Source of the DNA: a virus
Lineage: Duplodnaviria > Caudoviricetes
Virus record (IMG/VR): IMGVR_UViG_3300028886_000057
Location: 1-64,000 of that record
Direction: 5' to 3' (one strand)
Length of the DNA stretch: 64,000 nt
The position numbers and the translations under genes were made by a program. The notes beneath the pieces were generated by a model that was not told the DNA's origin, did not search any database, and saw only the letters and a list, made by a program, of their open reading frames with translations. Below, piece by piece: positions 39,432-49,345 of this stretch. Each line of letters opens with the position of its first letter. Within the stretch, counting starts at the first letter, position 1.

Positions 39432-41013
39432 TGACTTCCACCTCCTTTACTAATGTTTCATAATCGGGATAAATCTTTTCGTATTCAACTTTCGCCGCCC
39501 TTGGCAATGGCTTGTCATCTATATATAAGTATGGTTTATAGTTTGTGTCGGTTACAAATAAGTCGGTCGTTCGGCAAGTGCCGTGATCGAAGTAACGGAA
39601 CAACTTTACTGCCGTAACACTGCCGTTACGGTTCTTATAAATATCGACTACCTGGTTCGGCGTTTTTGGATACACATTTTGCGCTAAGATTTCGCTAATC
39701 GCTTCCATCTCCTCGCTGCCGGGCAACAGTCTCGTAATAACACAACCATAGTCGACTTTATTTGCTACAGCCTTCGATCCTTCGATACAAGTTTCATCAC
39801 GATATGCTTTTTCTGTTGCTGATCGGTTGACCTGCGTTGCACTAATAATAAATACATTATAAGTGGTGCAAACCTCTTTCAACTTCGTAGCCAACAATCT
39901 CAAGATAACATCTTCACGAACGCCGGCCTTATTCGCTTCGCTCAATACACCACTGCTACTATTGATATAGTCATAACCGATATATTGAATACCGTCGCGC
40001 AAAATGTGCCGCGCTAATACAACGCCAGTTGCCTCGATAGTTGGGTCTGGCACAATTTCGACGCCCAAGTTCTTACCATAACGCCGCATAATCTTTAAGC
40101 CCAGTTCAACATCCGCCTGTTCTTCAGGAGATAATGGGTCAACGTTAATAAACTTTTCAGCGTTAATACCGGTGATATGCGCTAAGATTAACGGATATAA
40201 TTCATTTAATTGTTGCTCCTGCCCAAAGTACATTGTCTTGACATACCCTTCGCGGCTTACAATCTTATGATTTACAATATACGGCATTGATAACGTACAC
40301 AAAGTATCAATAATTTGTCGAGTTTTACCGACACCAGTGCTTGCGCTAAATAAGAATAACTTACCCAATGGCGCGCCTTTCGTAATGGTATTAAGATATT
40401 CACCATCCATTGGCAAACCAATAGTAGATGCATTTACTCGGTTACTCCACCACTCATCTACTCCGGCGTCAACCGTTTGATAGCTACTTGCGCGCTTACC
40501 GACGTTCTTATCTTCGATGCCGACCAACTTTTCACGGATACGATTAATAATCTCGTCGCCGCTAATCTGGTCTAACTTTTCATCTTCTTCGTCGCGATTT
40601 AACAAGTCCTTTGAAACGTCGTAAAAATCGGCAATATCAATACCTGCTCGAACCAATTCACGAAGAATACTAAATTTCTTTAACCTAGTGTAATAATACT
40701 TAAACTGATTACTGTCGCCATTTTCAGTCAAGTTGTATGTAGTCTGTAACCACTCATATCCTTTATTCTGCAAGTAGTAATCATAAACTTGCGGCTGCGT
40801 TTTAATATATAAGTCAATATCTTGTGGAGTTAAATGTTCGGCGCCATTTTTCTCCATATTATAAATCGACGTGAAAGTGATACGCTGCAACGGAGAAGTG
40901 AAGTCATCCGGCAACAACGTATAATCTTCCTCTAACATCTGCGGTTTACGCATCAAAGTCGATAAAACGTATAATGCAGAAGAGGTGTCTGACAACTCTT
41001 TATTTATGTCCAT
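39424..41013 (-). CDS. DnaB-like replicative helicase
   Basis: ASTGVGKT Walker A, YDYI Walker B, ATQVNR, KNRNG. Confidence 0.9.
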   Translation of the reverse strand: MDINKELSDTSSALYVLSTLMRKPQMLEEDYTLLPDDFTSPLQRITFTSIYNMEKNGAEHLTPQDIDLYIKTQPQVYDYYLQNKGYEWLQTTYNLTENGDSNQFKYYYTRLKKFSILRELVRAGIDIADFYDVSKDLLNRDEEDEKLDQISGDEIINRIREKLVGIEDKNVGKRASSYQTVDAGVDEWWSNRVNASTIGLPMDGEYLNTITKGAPLGKLFLFSASTGVGKTRQIIDTLCTLSMPYIVNHKIVSREGYVKTMYFGQEQQLNELYPLILAHITGINAEKFINVDPLSPEEQADVELGLKIMRRYGKNLGVEIVPDPTIEATGVVLARHILRDGIQYIGYDYINSSSGVLSEANKAGVREDVILRLLATKLKEVCTTYNVFIISATQVNRSATEKAYRDETCIEGSKAVANKVDYGCVITRLLPGSEEMEAISEILAQNVYPKTPNQVVDIYKNRNGSVTAVKLFRYFDHGTCRTTDLFVTDTNYKPYLYIDDKPLPRAAKVEYEKIYPDYETLVKEVEVNE

Positions 41014-41443
41014 TGTCGCCCTCACCTCCTTCATCTATATCGTCGAATTTAAGCGGCTCCAATCTATAAGGCTTTTTACGGCCTTTCAAAATCTGGCGTA
41101 CATTAAAAACGACCGTGTCGCCTTTGGTCTCGAACTTTTTCGCATCTTGACGCCGCTCTTCTTGCCTGCGTTCTAACTCCGCCCAATACCGAGCCGACTC
41201 CTTGCGATACTTGCCTACAAACCAAATACCGTACAGGTCGTTATAATTACCCTTTTTAATCTCGATATAATAATATATACCGCGGCCAATCTCTTTATAG
41301 GAGAAGCCTTCGTTTAACACATATTTAGCAATCTGACGATCCACCATGGTTGGGAATGGATCGTCAGAGTTTATTTTGAGTTCATCGCGTATAAATGCTT
41401 TAAGTTCTGGTAATCCGTAATTATCTTCTTTTATCGTTGACAT
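41000..41443 (-). CDS. hypothetical replication protein (loader-like position)
   Basis: Overlaps helicase start. Confidence 0.55.
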   Translation of the reverse strand: MSTIKEDNYGLPELKAFIRDELKINSDDPFPTMVDRQIAKYVLNEGFSYKEIGRGIYYYIEIKKGNYNDLYGIWFVGKYRKESARYWAELERRQEERRQDAKKFETKGDTVVFNVRQILKGRKKPYRLEPLKFDDIDEGGEGDNGHK

Positions 41444-42216
41444 GCTTCTTCAATGCCGAGTAAGAACTGTTCAATACGATAAAGTTCTACGAACTTATCT
41501 AGTGTGATGGCGCTGATCTTGGTGCTGACCTGCGACTGTACATACTTAACAATCTGGTCACTATATTCACTGGCATACTGCTGAATCAGTCCAGTAACTG
41601 CCGCCATGTGAGCGTCAAAACGGCTCATCTCTTCCGCCGGCACCGATTTAATGGCATTGCACTTTTTCGTTAATGCATCCCAATCAATGACAATCGGCTC
41701 AGCTTCCGGCTCCTTTTCGCCCGCATAAATATACAAGCCAAGACCATGCATAGCCGCCGCCTTTACGAAAGCACGCTGTTGCGCCCTATTAATATCAACT
41801 GAAGTTACAGCGTCTGCGCGAATCGACTGATTCTTCATATTCATAATCGGAAGAGTAACAATCTCTTCATGACCATTCAAAATCAAACCGACTTTAACAT
41901 AACAAGTCTTACCATCGGTGAAGTAGTTAACTTCTTCATCATGTTCGCTCGTGACAGTACGCTCCATACCCTCCATCGTTGTTTTAACGGTTTCAGTTAA
42001 ATGTACAGTATGTGTATAAATCTTCTGTTGCGCATCGGGGAAGCGCTGCTTTAAAATCGTCCAGGCCCATGCCCAGTTCAAATAAGTAAGACCCATCTTA
42101 TCATCGGTCTTACCTTTCAAATCAATTTTATTAAGTTCGTCGAACATTTGACCTAATACCTCTAATGTCGGTCCTGGGCGTTCGATATTTATAGTTTGAT
42201 GTGATTCATTATTCAT
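41431..42216 (-). CDS. Sak3-like (DUF1071) single-strand annealing protein
   Basis: LTYLNWAWAW and INRAQQRAFVKAAAMHGLGLYIYAGE. Confidence 0.88.
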   Translation of the reverse strand: MNNESHQTINIERPGPTLEVLGQMFDELNKIDLKGKTDDKMGLTYLNWAWAWTILKQRFPDAQQKIYTHTVHLTETVKTTMEGMERTVTSEHDEEVNYFTDGKTCYVKVGLILNGHEEIVTLPIMNMKNQSIRADAVTSVDINRAQQRAFVKAAAMHGLGLYIYAGEKEPEAEPIVIDWDALTKKCNAIKSVPAEEMSRFDAHMAAVTGLIQQYASEYSDQIVKYVQSQVSTKISAITLDKFVELYRIEQFLLGIEEACQR

Positions 42217-42243
42217 AAATGTTTCCTTTCGATTGCTTAGTTT

Positions 42244-42307
42244 ATTATACGAAATATAACGCCTTTAATCAAATAAAAAATACCTGTCATATTTCTTGAC
42301 AGGTATT
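42244..42307 (-). promoter_or_regulatory. terminator followed by 17-bp promoter
   Basis: TACCTGTCA-7-TGACAGGTA plus T tract (42275-42307), then TTGATT-17-TATAAT (42272-42244). Confidence 0.7.
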
Positions 42308-42321
42308 GTTGGGTTTACCGA

Positions 42322-43206
42322 TTAAAGCAAACTAGCAGCTTTGCTGGTGAGAGGAGCTTCGTTGTCGGCAACGGCACCAGAAGACTTGGCAGAGCTGATA
42401 AGCTCGGCATCTTCAGCGCTACGCGCCTCTTTGAAAGCCTGCATATCCGGCATGGTATATGCATTTGGATCGCCAGCAGGAAGCGGCTGAGTGGCATGCT
42501 TAATATAGTAGTAACGATAGGTGTTGACAACCGTTTTCTTCAACGGAGTGCCAAACAAATCATCGCTCGAATCGGCAACGATTTCACGCTGTTCGGTGAT
42601 GTAACGAATATCACCATCAACACTTACAGTAACGCCCGGCACATAGGCTTTCGCCAAGGCACGCTGATGTTCAACTGCGTCGAGAGGGAGGTTGAGATAG
42701 AACATTTGAGCGGAGTCACCACGATAATTGGATTGCCCGAGAATAATCTCAAATAAGTAGGTTTCACCGCTCTTGTTCTTTTTCTCTTCCAAGCCACGAG
42801 CGACATAGCCGTTCAAACGGAAGGTCGCGGCATCTTGCTCACCAGGTTTCGCTTCGTTAACAAAGCGGCCACGGATACGCTGAGTGCGGACGACTTCGCC
42901 CTTCTGACCAACATAGCGGTGCTCTTCGAGAGCCGCGCCGGTGAAGGTGAAGCGCTGACCGACCTGTGAAGGGAGTTTGGAATAAGCTTCGAAAAGCTTG
43001 GACTGCTCGCCCTTCTGGGTTACTTCGCTAGAGAAAAGAGAGATGGGGATGATGTTTTCAGCGCCGTCGAGGATGCATTTGACAAGAACTTCGCCGCTGA
43101 CATACTGTTTGCCGATAGACTGACCTTTTTTGAAGATACCAGTTTTAACTTTGCTGGCATCGACAAGAGTACCAGTAATGTTGATTTCGTTAATAATATT
43201 TTCCAT
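42322..43206 (-). CDS. single-stranded DNA-binding protein (tandem OB folds)
   Basis: INEINITGTL, FRLNGYV, VSVDGDI strands; biased codons; next to Sak3. Confidence 0.65.
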   Translation of the reverse strand: MENIINEINITGTLVDASKVKTGIFKKGQSIGKQYVSGEVLVKCILDGAENIIPISLFSSEVTQKGEQSKLFEAYSKLPSQVGQRFTFTGAALEEHRYVGQKGEVVRTQRIRGRFVNEAKPGEQDAATFRLNGYVARGLEEKKNKSGETYLFEIILGQSNYRGDSAQMFYLNLPLDAVEHQRALAKAYVPGVTVSVDGDIRYITEQREIVADSSDDLFGTPLKKTVVNTYRYYYIKHATQPLPAGDPNAYTMPDMQAFKEARSAEDAELISSAKSSGAVADNEAPLTSKAASLL

Positions 43207-43276
43207 GTTTCTTCCTTTAAAATGTTTTTTCTAGCCGTTTAGCGGGGAGCCGAAGCTCCCCATTAAATTGCTTGAA

Positions 43277-43558
43277 TTAGTCGATCTTAACAGCGCGGCC
43301 CGCGTCGGTAAGCATATAGGTAACATACGGCTTATCAGCGGTTTCACCTTTCTTGTTGGTGAACGGACGGACCTGGGAACCCTTCTCGACGTAGCCACGA
43401 CGAACAAGAGAGTTCATAACGGGGTGGATGCCACGGACATCGGCGGCTTCGCCAAGGTCAGCACCGACCCATTCCTGGTCGTTCTCCTGAAGGAAAGCAA
43501 GAGCTTTCTTCGCGTTATCGGTAAGAGGGGTATCCATGATGGATTTCTTTTCTGCCAT
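43277..43558 (-). CDS. small winged-helix DNA-binding protein
   Basis: MNSLVRRGYVEK..YMLTDAG; own promoter TTGAAA-17-TAAATT (43693-43665) and downstream hairpin. Confidence 0.75.
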   Translation of the reverse strand: MAEKKSIMDTPLTDNAKKALAFLQENDQEWVGADLGEAADVRGIHPVMNSLVRRGYVEKGSQVRPFTNKKGETADKPYVTYMLTDAGRAVKID

Positions 43559-43720
43559 GTTAAAATTTCTCCTTTATTGACAAAATGTTATTTATAAACA
43601 TCAGAAATCTTCGAGTTCCGAAATCGGCTAGATTATTTCTTTCCTTTTTCATTTCTGATAGTTTAATTTATCTGAATGGTTGAGTTTTTTCAAAATAGTT
43701 TAGCTATTTTTTAATTTTGA

Positions 43721-45895
43721 TTAGATGATTTTTTCGATAGCCTTGGCGGTCAATGCGGCGCCTCCAGCGGTTTTTGATTTCATACTAACCTTTTTAGCGA
43801 GGTCGATGGAGGCAATCTTGCCTTTAGAAAGGTAATATACCGTATCACGCCCAGTCACATTGAGCATGAACTTGTTACCTTCATTAATCGTTTGGCCTTT
43901 TGAGGTGCGGCTTCCAACCGTAAAGTCGCCCGTAGCCACTAATTTGCCTTTGCCGTCTTTATCGACGAATAAGATTGAGTCGTTCGCGCTCGCCACGACG
44001 GCTGCAACAATTCCGTCAAGCGCCGTAGCCAAGCCTTGCGTCATTTTCGACGCCGTGTTAAGCTCGTCAACCGCCAGCTTCAGCAACTTACCACTCTTGC
44101 CGAGCAATAGTACAAAGTCGGAGCTATCCGCAGTATCGGCCATGAGCAGCTCATCACCCTCACGAACCTTTAAAAGCTTACCTGCGCGATCAAAGTTCAC
44201 ATCCGCAGCCGCCGTTTTTTTCACGTAACCATCTTTGGTAACGGTGATAAGGAACTCACGGTCATTGCGGCCTACGCCAATCTTGGCTTCGGTACCGAGT
44301 GAGCCATCGGCGGCATAAGTAAACAGCTTTTTAGCACTGTTGCTTAATACGCATTGAAGCGCACCGCTGGTAGGCGGCAAAATGTCGCTCAAACGATCGG
44401 AATAGACAAAGAACTCGCGAATCGGCGCGGCGTGTTCGTCCTCAACCGCTTCGCTGCGGATCTCGGTACGACGTTTATCGCCGCAAAGCTTCGCCATTTC
44501 GGCCAACTGTGCCTTAATGATGCTGTTGCGACGCTCCTGATTTGCGATAATATCATTTTGGTTAACGATTTCGTTCTCCAAGTCTTTCTGTTGCGTTTCG
44601 AGGTCGGCAATATCGAGTCGGCTGAGGCGGCTTAACTTCATATCGAGTACTGCATCAGCTTGTTCTTCATTCAACTCAAATTCTTTCATCAACCCAGCTT
44701 TGGCGGCAGCGCGATTGTCCGCGCCACGAATCAAAGCGATTACTCGGTCGATGTTCGACATGCACTTCTGCAAGCCGATAACGATGGTCAACTTGTGTTT
44801 GACTTTTTCGAGATCGGTGCGCGCTACGCGAATGAGACAATTGTTGCGGTGTCTCAAATATTCTCTAATCATTTCGATTAGACCGAGCTGCCGCGGCTCG
44901 CCTTGAACCAACACAGTGTTGTTAATTTTAACTGTCTGCTCCAATTTCGTTTTGGAGTAGAGCAAGGCAAGTGCAATATCCGGGTTAACACCCTTATTCA
45001 AAACGACATGGAACTCGACATGCTTGTCGTCCGTATTATCTTGATAGTCATAGAAGAGGTCGCAGTTTTCCTCATTGACCAATTTCTTTAGCGGCACAAT
45101 AACACCGCTTTCTATTTCGACTTGATATGGCAAGTCAGTGAAAACAATCTCGTCACGCCCGTTCGTTTTGCCGAGACGGTAGTGCGCGCGGCAAGTGACT
45201 GAACCACGACCGCTTGTATAAATGCCGCCGAGCTTTTCGCCATCTACGATAAGCGCTCCCTCCGGAAAGTCCGGGCCGGGAATATATTTCATCAACTCGG
45301 CAACAGTAATTTCTGGGTTGTCAATACAAGCCGTAATACCAGCTACCACTTCATTAATATTGTGCGGCACTAAGCTCGCGCTTAAACCAACCGCGATACC
45401 CAACGAGCCATTGCAGAGCGTATTCGGAAAGATAGACGGCAACAAAACTGGTTCTTCTGTGGTGTCATCATAGTTCGGACGGAAATCAACGGGGCGCTTT
45501 TCCAAGTCGCGCAACATAAGTTCGCCCACTTTTGATAGGCGGCACTCGGTGTAACGCGAAGCAGCGGGTCCGTCGCCCAAAATGTTACCTACGTTACCTT
45601 GAACATAAACAAGTGGATAACGCATTTTCCACGGCTGGCCCAAGTGAATAAGCGCATCATAAACAGATGCATCGCCGTGCGGATGGTAGCTAGCAATAAC
45701 AGAACCGGTTACTTTGGCGCACTTAACTGTGGGCTTATTTGGCAACATTTTACCTTCATACATAGCCCACAAAATGCGGCGGGTAACGGGCTTCAAATTA
45801 TCCTCGACGTCACTGATGGCGCGGCTCTTAATGACCGCACCAGCATAAGTAAGGAAGTTTTCTTCTGCGTTTTTAATAAAATCTGATTTACCCAT
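43721..45895 (-). CDS. gyrA: type IIA topoisomerase subunit A (GyrA/ParC)
   Basis: DNLKPVTRRIL, YHPHGD, AASRYTE, GIAVG, PGPDFP; C-terminal domain shortened. Confidence 0.95.
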   Translation of the reverse strand: MGKSDFIKNAEENFLTYAGAVIKSRAISDVEDNLKPVTRRILWAMYEGKMLPNKPTVKCAKVTGSVIASYHPHGDASVYDALIHLGQPWKMRYPLVYVQGNVGNILGDGPAASRYTECRLSKVGELMLRDLEKRPVDFRPNYDDTTEEPVLLPSIFPNTLCNGSLGIAVGLSASLVPHNINEVVAGITACIDNPEITVAELMKYIPGPDFPEGALIVDGEKLGGIYTSGRGSVTCRAHYRLGKTNGRDEIVFTDLPYQVEIESGVIVPLKKLVNEENCDLFYDYQDNTDDKHVEFHVVLNKGVNPDIALALLYSKTKLEQTVKINNTVLVQGEPRQLGLIEMIREYLRHRNNCLIRVARTDLEKVKHKLTIVIGLQKCMSNIDRVIALIRGADNRAAAKAGLMKEFELNEEQADAVLDMKLSRLSRLDIADLETQQKDLENEIVNQNDIIANQERRNSIIKAQLAEMAKLCGDKRRTEIRSEAVEDEHAAPIREFFVYSDRLSDILPPTSGALQCVLSNSAKKLFTYAADGSLGTEAKIGVGRNDREFLITVTKDGYVKKTAAADVNFDRAGKLLKVREGDELLMADTADSSDFVLLLGKSGKLLKLAVDELNTASKMTQGLATALDGIVAAVVASANDSILFVDKDGKGKLVATGDFTVGSRTSKGQTINEGNKFMLNVTGRDTVYYLSKGKIASIDLAKKVSMKSKTAGGAALTAKAIEKII

Positions 45896-46193
45896 TAATT
45901 TGCTCCATGAATGTTTTAAACCATTGTTTATGTTGTGCTACTAGTTCCTCGAAATTAGAACCAGTGAAATCTACAATACCTAATACTTGTCGGTTTGTCT
46001 CCCAAGTATCATCACCAGGCTCTTCTGGCGCCCAATCACTATATTCTTCGATAACTTGATTGTCTTTAATATAAAGGTCGCATTGGTTAAGAGTTCCCCA
46101 ACTACCAAAATACTTATCGTCACAATCATGTACTATATGTAGTTGATTGTTTTGATCGTGATATGCTACGTACATTACCAAGTTATCCTCCAT
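45888..46193 (-). CDS. hypothetical protein
   Basis: Between gyrB and gyrA, overlapping neighbours. Confidence 0.6.
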   Translation of the reverse strand: MEDNLVMYVAYHDQNNQLHIVHDCDDKYFGSWGTLNQCDLYIKDNQVIEEYSDWAPEEPGDDTWETNRQVLGIVDFTGSNFEELVAQHKQWFKTFMEQING

Positions 46194-46456
46194 TTATAGT
46201 GTCTACACCACTGACACGGCGAGTCGCCGACCATTGGATTACCAAATGCATCTCTTGGTCCATCTCGATTGGGACAGGTTAAGCACGGATCATTTGTGGT
46301 CGCGCCATTAATATTAATAATATAAATATTAATGTCGTTTTTTATATTATCGAACTGATCCAGGAAATCCAAAGTTGGAATCGCATCTTCATTGATATAC
46401 TGACGCCAATCAATATTATAACTATTCTTCACTGTCATCTTCATACGAATCTCCAA
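46175..46456 (-). CDS. hypothetical protein with CxxC..CxxC
   Basis: CLTC and CQWC. Confidence 0.55.
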   Translation of the reverse strand: MEIRMKMTVKNSYNIDWRQYINEDAIPTLDFLDQFDNIKNDINIYIININGATTNDPCLTCPNRDGPRDAFGNPMVGDSPCQWCRHYKWRITW

Positions 46457-47048
46457 TCTCGCCCTTAATCTTGTGGCTTAAAATGAAGGAACGGCGTTTC
46501 TCGGCACTCTTGCCCATTAACGTATCGAACGCCAATAAGTCGGCTTCAATATCGTCAGGTTTAAGTTGAATGAGGTGACGACGTTCAGGATCGAGACAGG
46601 TGTCATATAACTCCTGCGGCGCCATTTCGCCCAAACCTTTGAAGTGAGTGCGCTCGCCAACCTTGTTACGAGCATCTTTTTCAGAGTAGTAGTAGTTCGT
46701 GCCGCGTTGGTTGGTAATACGGTAAAGAGGCGGCACAACCCTATACACTTTGCCGGCTTCAATTAGCTTCGGCAAGTGGCGAAGGAATAGCGCCTCAATA
46801 AGCAGCTGAATGTGGCCGCCATCGGGGTCAGCATCACTGAAAATAATGATCTTGTCGTAACGCAAGTTATTGATATTAAAGTTATCACCAACGCCGCAGC
46901 CAAGTGCGGTCAAGATATTCTTAACCTCTTGACTTTCAAGGGCGTCTGCGAGGTCGCGGCTCCAAGTGTTCAAAATCTTACCACGCAAGCCAAGAACCGC
47001 CTGATTCTGCTTGTTGCGCATAATACGCGCGTTGCCACTAGCTGAGTC
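46422..47048 (-). CDS. gyrB: topoisomerase subunit B, exon 2 (TOPRIM)
   Basis: Frame extends upstream of ATG 47021 to DSASGNARI; LRGKILN, DADPDG, FKGLGEM. Confidence 0.93.
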   Translation of the reverse strand, partial: DSASGNARIMRNKQNQAVLGLRGKILNTWSRDLADALESQEVKNILTALGCGVGDNFNINNLRYDKIIIFSDADPDGGHIQLLIEALFLRHLPKLIEAGKVYRVVPPLYRITNQRGTNYYYSEKDARNKVGERTHFKGLGEMAPQELYDTCLDPERRHLIQLKPDDIEADLLAFDTLMGKSAEKRRSFILSHKIKGEIGDSYEDDSEE

Positions 47049-48067
47049 CGAGCGCTAGCTACTCGCTGACTATTTCTTCATCTATATTATAGATGCCTAA
47101 CATTTCGAATTACGTACCAATAGTAATTCTACTCCCCAACAACGGGGATAGTCGATACAGGTATGTTATGCAATTCAGATAAATACTGCTGATGTAATGC
47201 TTCTATCTTGGCTTTATTTTTCGCCCTGCAACGATAGCCAGCATTACCATATAATGGATCCACAATGGACTGGCATACTTCTTGAAAAGTTTGCCAATCC
47301 ACTACTTGTTTAAATAATGGATACACCTTATTGTATTTAATTGGACCATAATATTTAAATATAATTACTAATTGATTTTTATCATTATCAGTTAATTGAT
47401 TACGACGTTTGGTGGCATATACTGAATGATCTGGTTTTGGATATTTGCCTACGTATTCTGGACAAACATCAAACCAACAATCATGCAGCCATACTTTACT
47501 AAATCCATTTCGCACTCCGCCAGGCATTTTGGCTTCATAATCTTTATATACATCTGATAAACGCTCTCCATTCATGCGGCGTCGACGAATTTCTCGAACG
47601 TCATCTTCAGTAATCAAGGCACGTGGATTATTCTCCCCTTTGACGCTAGGTAAGTTGCTAACATCATCACCGCCTAGAGTAGCATTATATCCATCATAAT
47701 AAGAATTATATATTTGAATATAATGTTGCTCTAATTGTTTCGCCTCTTCTCTAGTTTCGCATTGATCAATTATATCAACGGTGAAATTCTCCCATCCATA
47801 TTTTTGAATACTTAAATCAATAGGAGATTGAGGTGCGTCGTGTCCAGCACGATGTTGTTGCATACGTCGTTGGATGTTAACTGTAATACCAATATATGGT
47901 TTATTGGTAATTAAATTTGTAATTTTATAGATATATTGCATAACTTCCCACGAGACTCCTTATTACTATATTAGTATAGTAATAAGTTACCCTCGTTAGC
48001 AAATCCGGTTGCAGAATCCGAACTTACCCCAGTGGTTACTGGATAGAAAGGTAAGGGCAACTCATTC
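47049..48067 (-). mobile_element. group I intron (1019 nt) carrying a homing endonuclease
   Basis: Exon 1 ends GAGGGU, pairing with GCCCUU (P1, U-G wobble); UGAGUU pairs exon 2 GACUCA (P10); R=CCUGUAUCGACUA, S=GAAGAAAUAGUC (P7); terminal G; removal restores ITEG|DSASG. Confidence 0.92.
47129..47941 (-). CDS. intron-encoded GIY-YIG homing endonuclease
   Basis: YIYKITN..YIGIT..RMQQH..LEQHYI..GYNATLGG; GENNPRALITEDDVREIR DNA-binding module. Confidence 0.92.
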   Translation of the reverse strand: MQYIYKITNLITNKPYIGITVNIQRRMQQHRAGHDAPQSPIDLSIQKYGWENFTVDIIDQCETREEAKQLEQHYIQIYNSYYDGYNATLGGDDVSNLPSVKGENNPRALITEDDVREIRRRRMNGERLSDVYKDYEAKMPGGVRNGFSKVWLHDCWFDVCPEYVGKYPKPDHSVYATKRRNQLTDNDKNQLVIIFKYYGPIKYNKVYPLFKQVVDWQTFQEVCQSIVDPLYGNAGYRCRAKNKAKIEALHQQYLSELHNIPVSTIPVVGE

Positions 48068-49345
48068 ACCCTCTGTAATAAACAGTTCGCCGTGGCGGTC
48101 GGGGCAGTCACTCAACTTCTCTGGCATGTCGCGCAAAGTATTAAGGTTTTTACCGCCACTGACAACCTTTGCGGCTGCCGCTTTAGCACGTTTCGCAGCA
48201 TCTTCGGCCTTCTGTTCGACCTGGACTTTCTTAATAATTTCGTCTGCTTGTGTCTTGGTAAGAACTAACTTACCTATTGCCTGGGAACAGGCGGTGCGTG
48301 CTTCAGGACTGGTCAGCTTGAGCTTCGTTTGCTCTGCAAACTGCGGCCGCTGAACCATTTTTACACTTAGAATACAGAGGAGGCCGCGTCGGATAATCGA
48401 ACCATCAAAATTTTCACCTTCTTTGATAAATTCGAGCTCTTTGGCCTTCTTATTAATAAGCGAAGTAAAGCCGCTACGGAAACCCGTAACGTGAGTGCCT
48501 TCATCTGGGTTGTAGCCACCATTCGTGAAGGCGTAGAAGTGCTCGCCCGGCTTATCAATATATTGGAACGCATACTCGATGATGAACTCATCTGGCGTTC
48601 CTTTTGCTATTTCAACTTTGTTATAAATAGGTTTGGTTATAACCTTTTCGCCCTCGGCCTTTAGCGACAACATGTCTTTAATGCCGTTAGTGTAGTAGAA
48701 GTTGGCAATCTCTTTTGCTTCATGTCCTTTTTCTTCAACCAGTAGACGGAAGCGGATACCATTATTAAGTAGAGCGTGATACTGGAGTTTTTCTTTAATC
48801 AAATCAATATCCCACTTAATACCTTTAAACATAGTATCGTCAGGAATAAAAGATACTGTCGTACCGGTGTGTTTATGAGGCCCGTCTTTAATAATCGGCA
48901 ACCCCTCACCATTTTTAAATACGACTTCACACTCACCATCTTCACGAACTGAAATAACATGCATCCAGCTAGATAATGCATTGGTGACCGTGCCGCCTAC
49001 ACCATTTAACCCTAATGCGGATTTATAAGCTGTGTCGCCCTCAAATTTGCCACCAGCGTGCAGTCCTTGATAAACGGACAAGATGGCATATTGCCCATCT
49101 TTATTTTTACGGAATGGAACACCACGACCATGATCACGCACAATTGCCATATTACTTTCTGGTACAATAGTAACTTCTATACAGTCTCCATATCCGGCGG
49201 AGGCTTCATCCATTGCGTTACACACAATTTCCTCAAGCAAATGATGTAGCCCATTTACATCACAAGCCCCTATATACATCCCGGTGCTTCCCCGGATGCC
49301 TTCTCGCCAACTTAGTTGACGAATTGAATTTTCATCATATGCCAT
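48068..49345 (-). CDS. gyrB: topoisomerase subunit B, exon 1 (GHKL ATPase)
   Basis: GMYIG, EIVCNAMDE, DHGRGVP, LHAGGKF, GLNGVG, ELFITEG. Confidence 0.95.

Noticed and set aside
31916-41013. Inteins in DnaE or helicase
   Set aside because: No C..HN splice motifs or LAGLIDADG inserts seen; lengths are unremarkable.
47990-48060. tRNA-like stems
   Set aside because: They are the 5' paired regions of the intron; no cloverleaf.
46422-49345. gyrB as a pseudogene or naturally split two-gene subunit
   Set aside because: The insert has group I splice signals and its removal restores the frame and the EGDSA motif.
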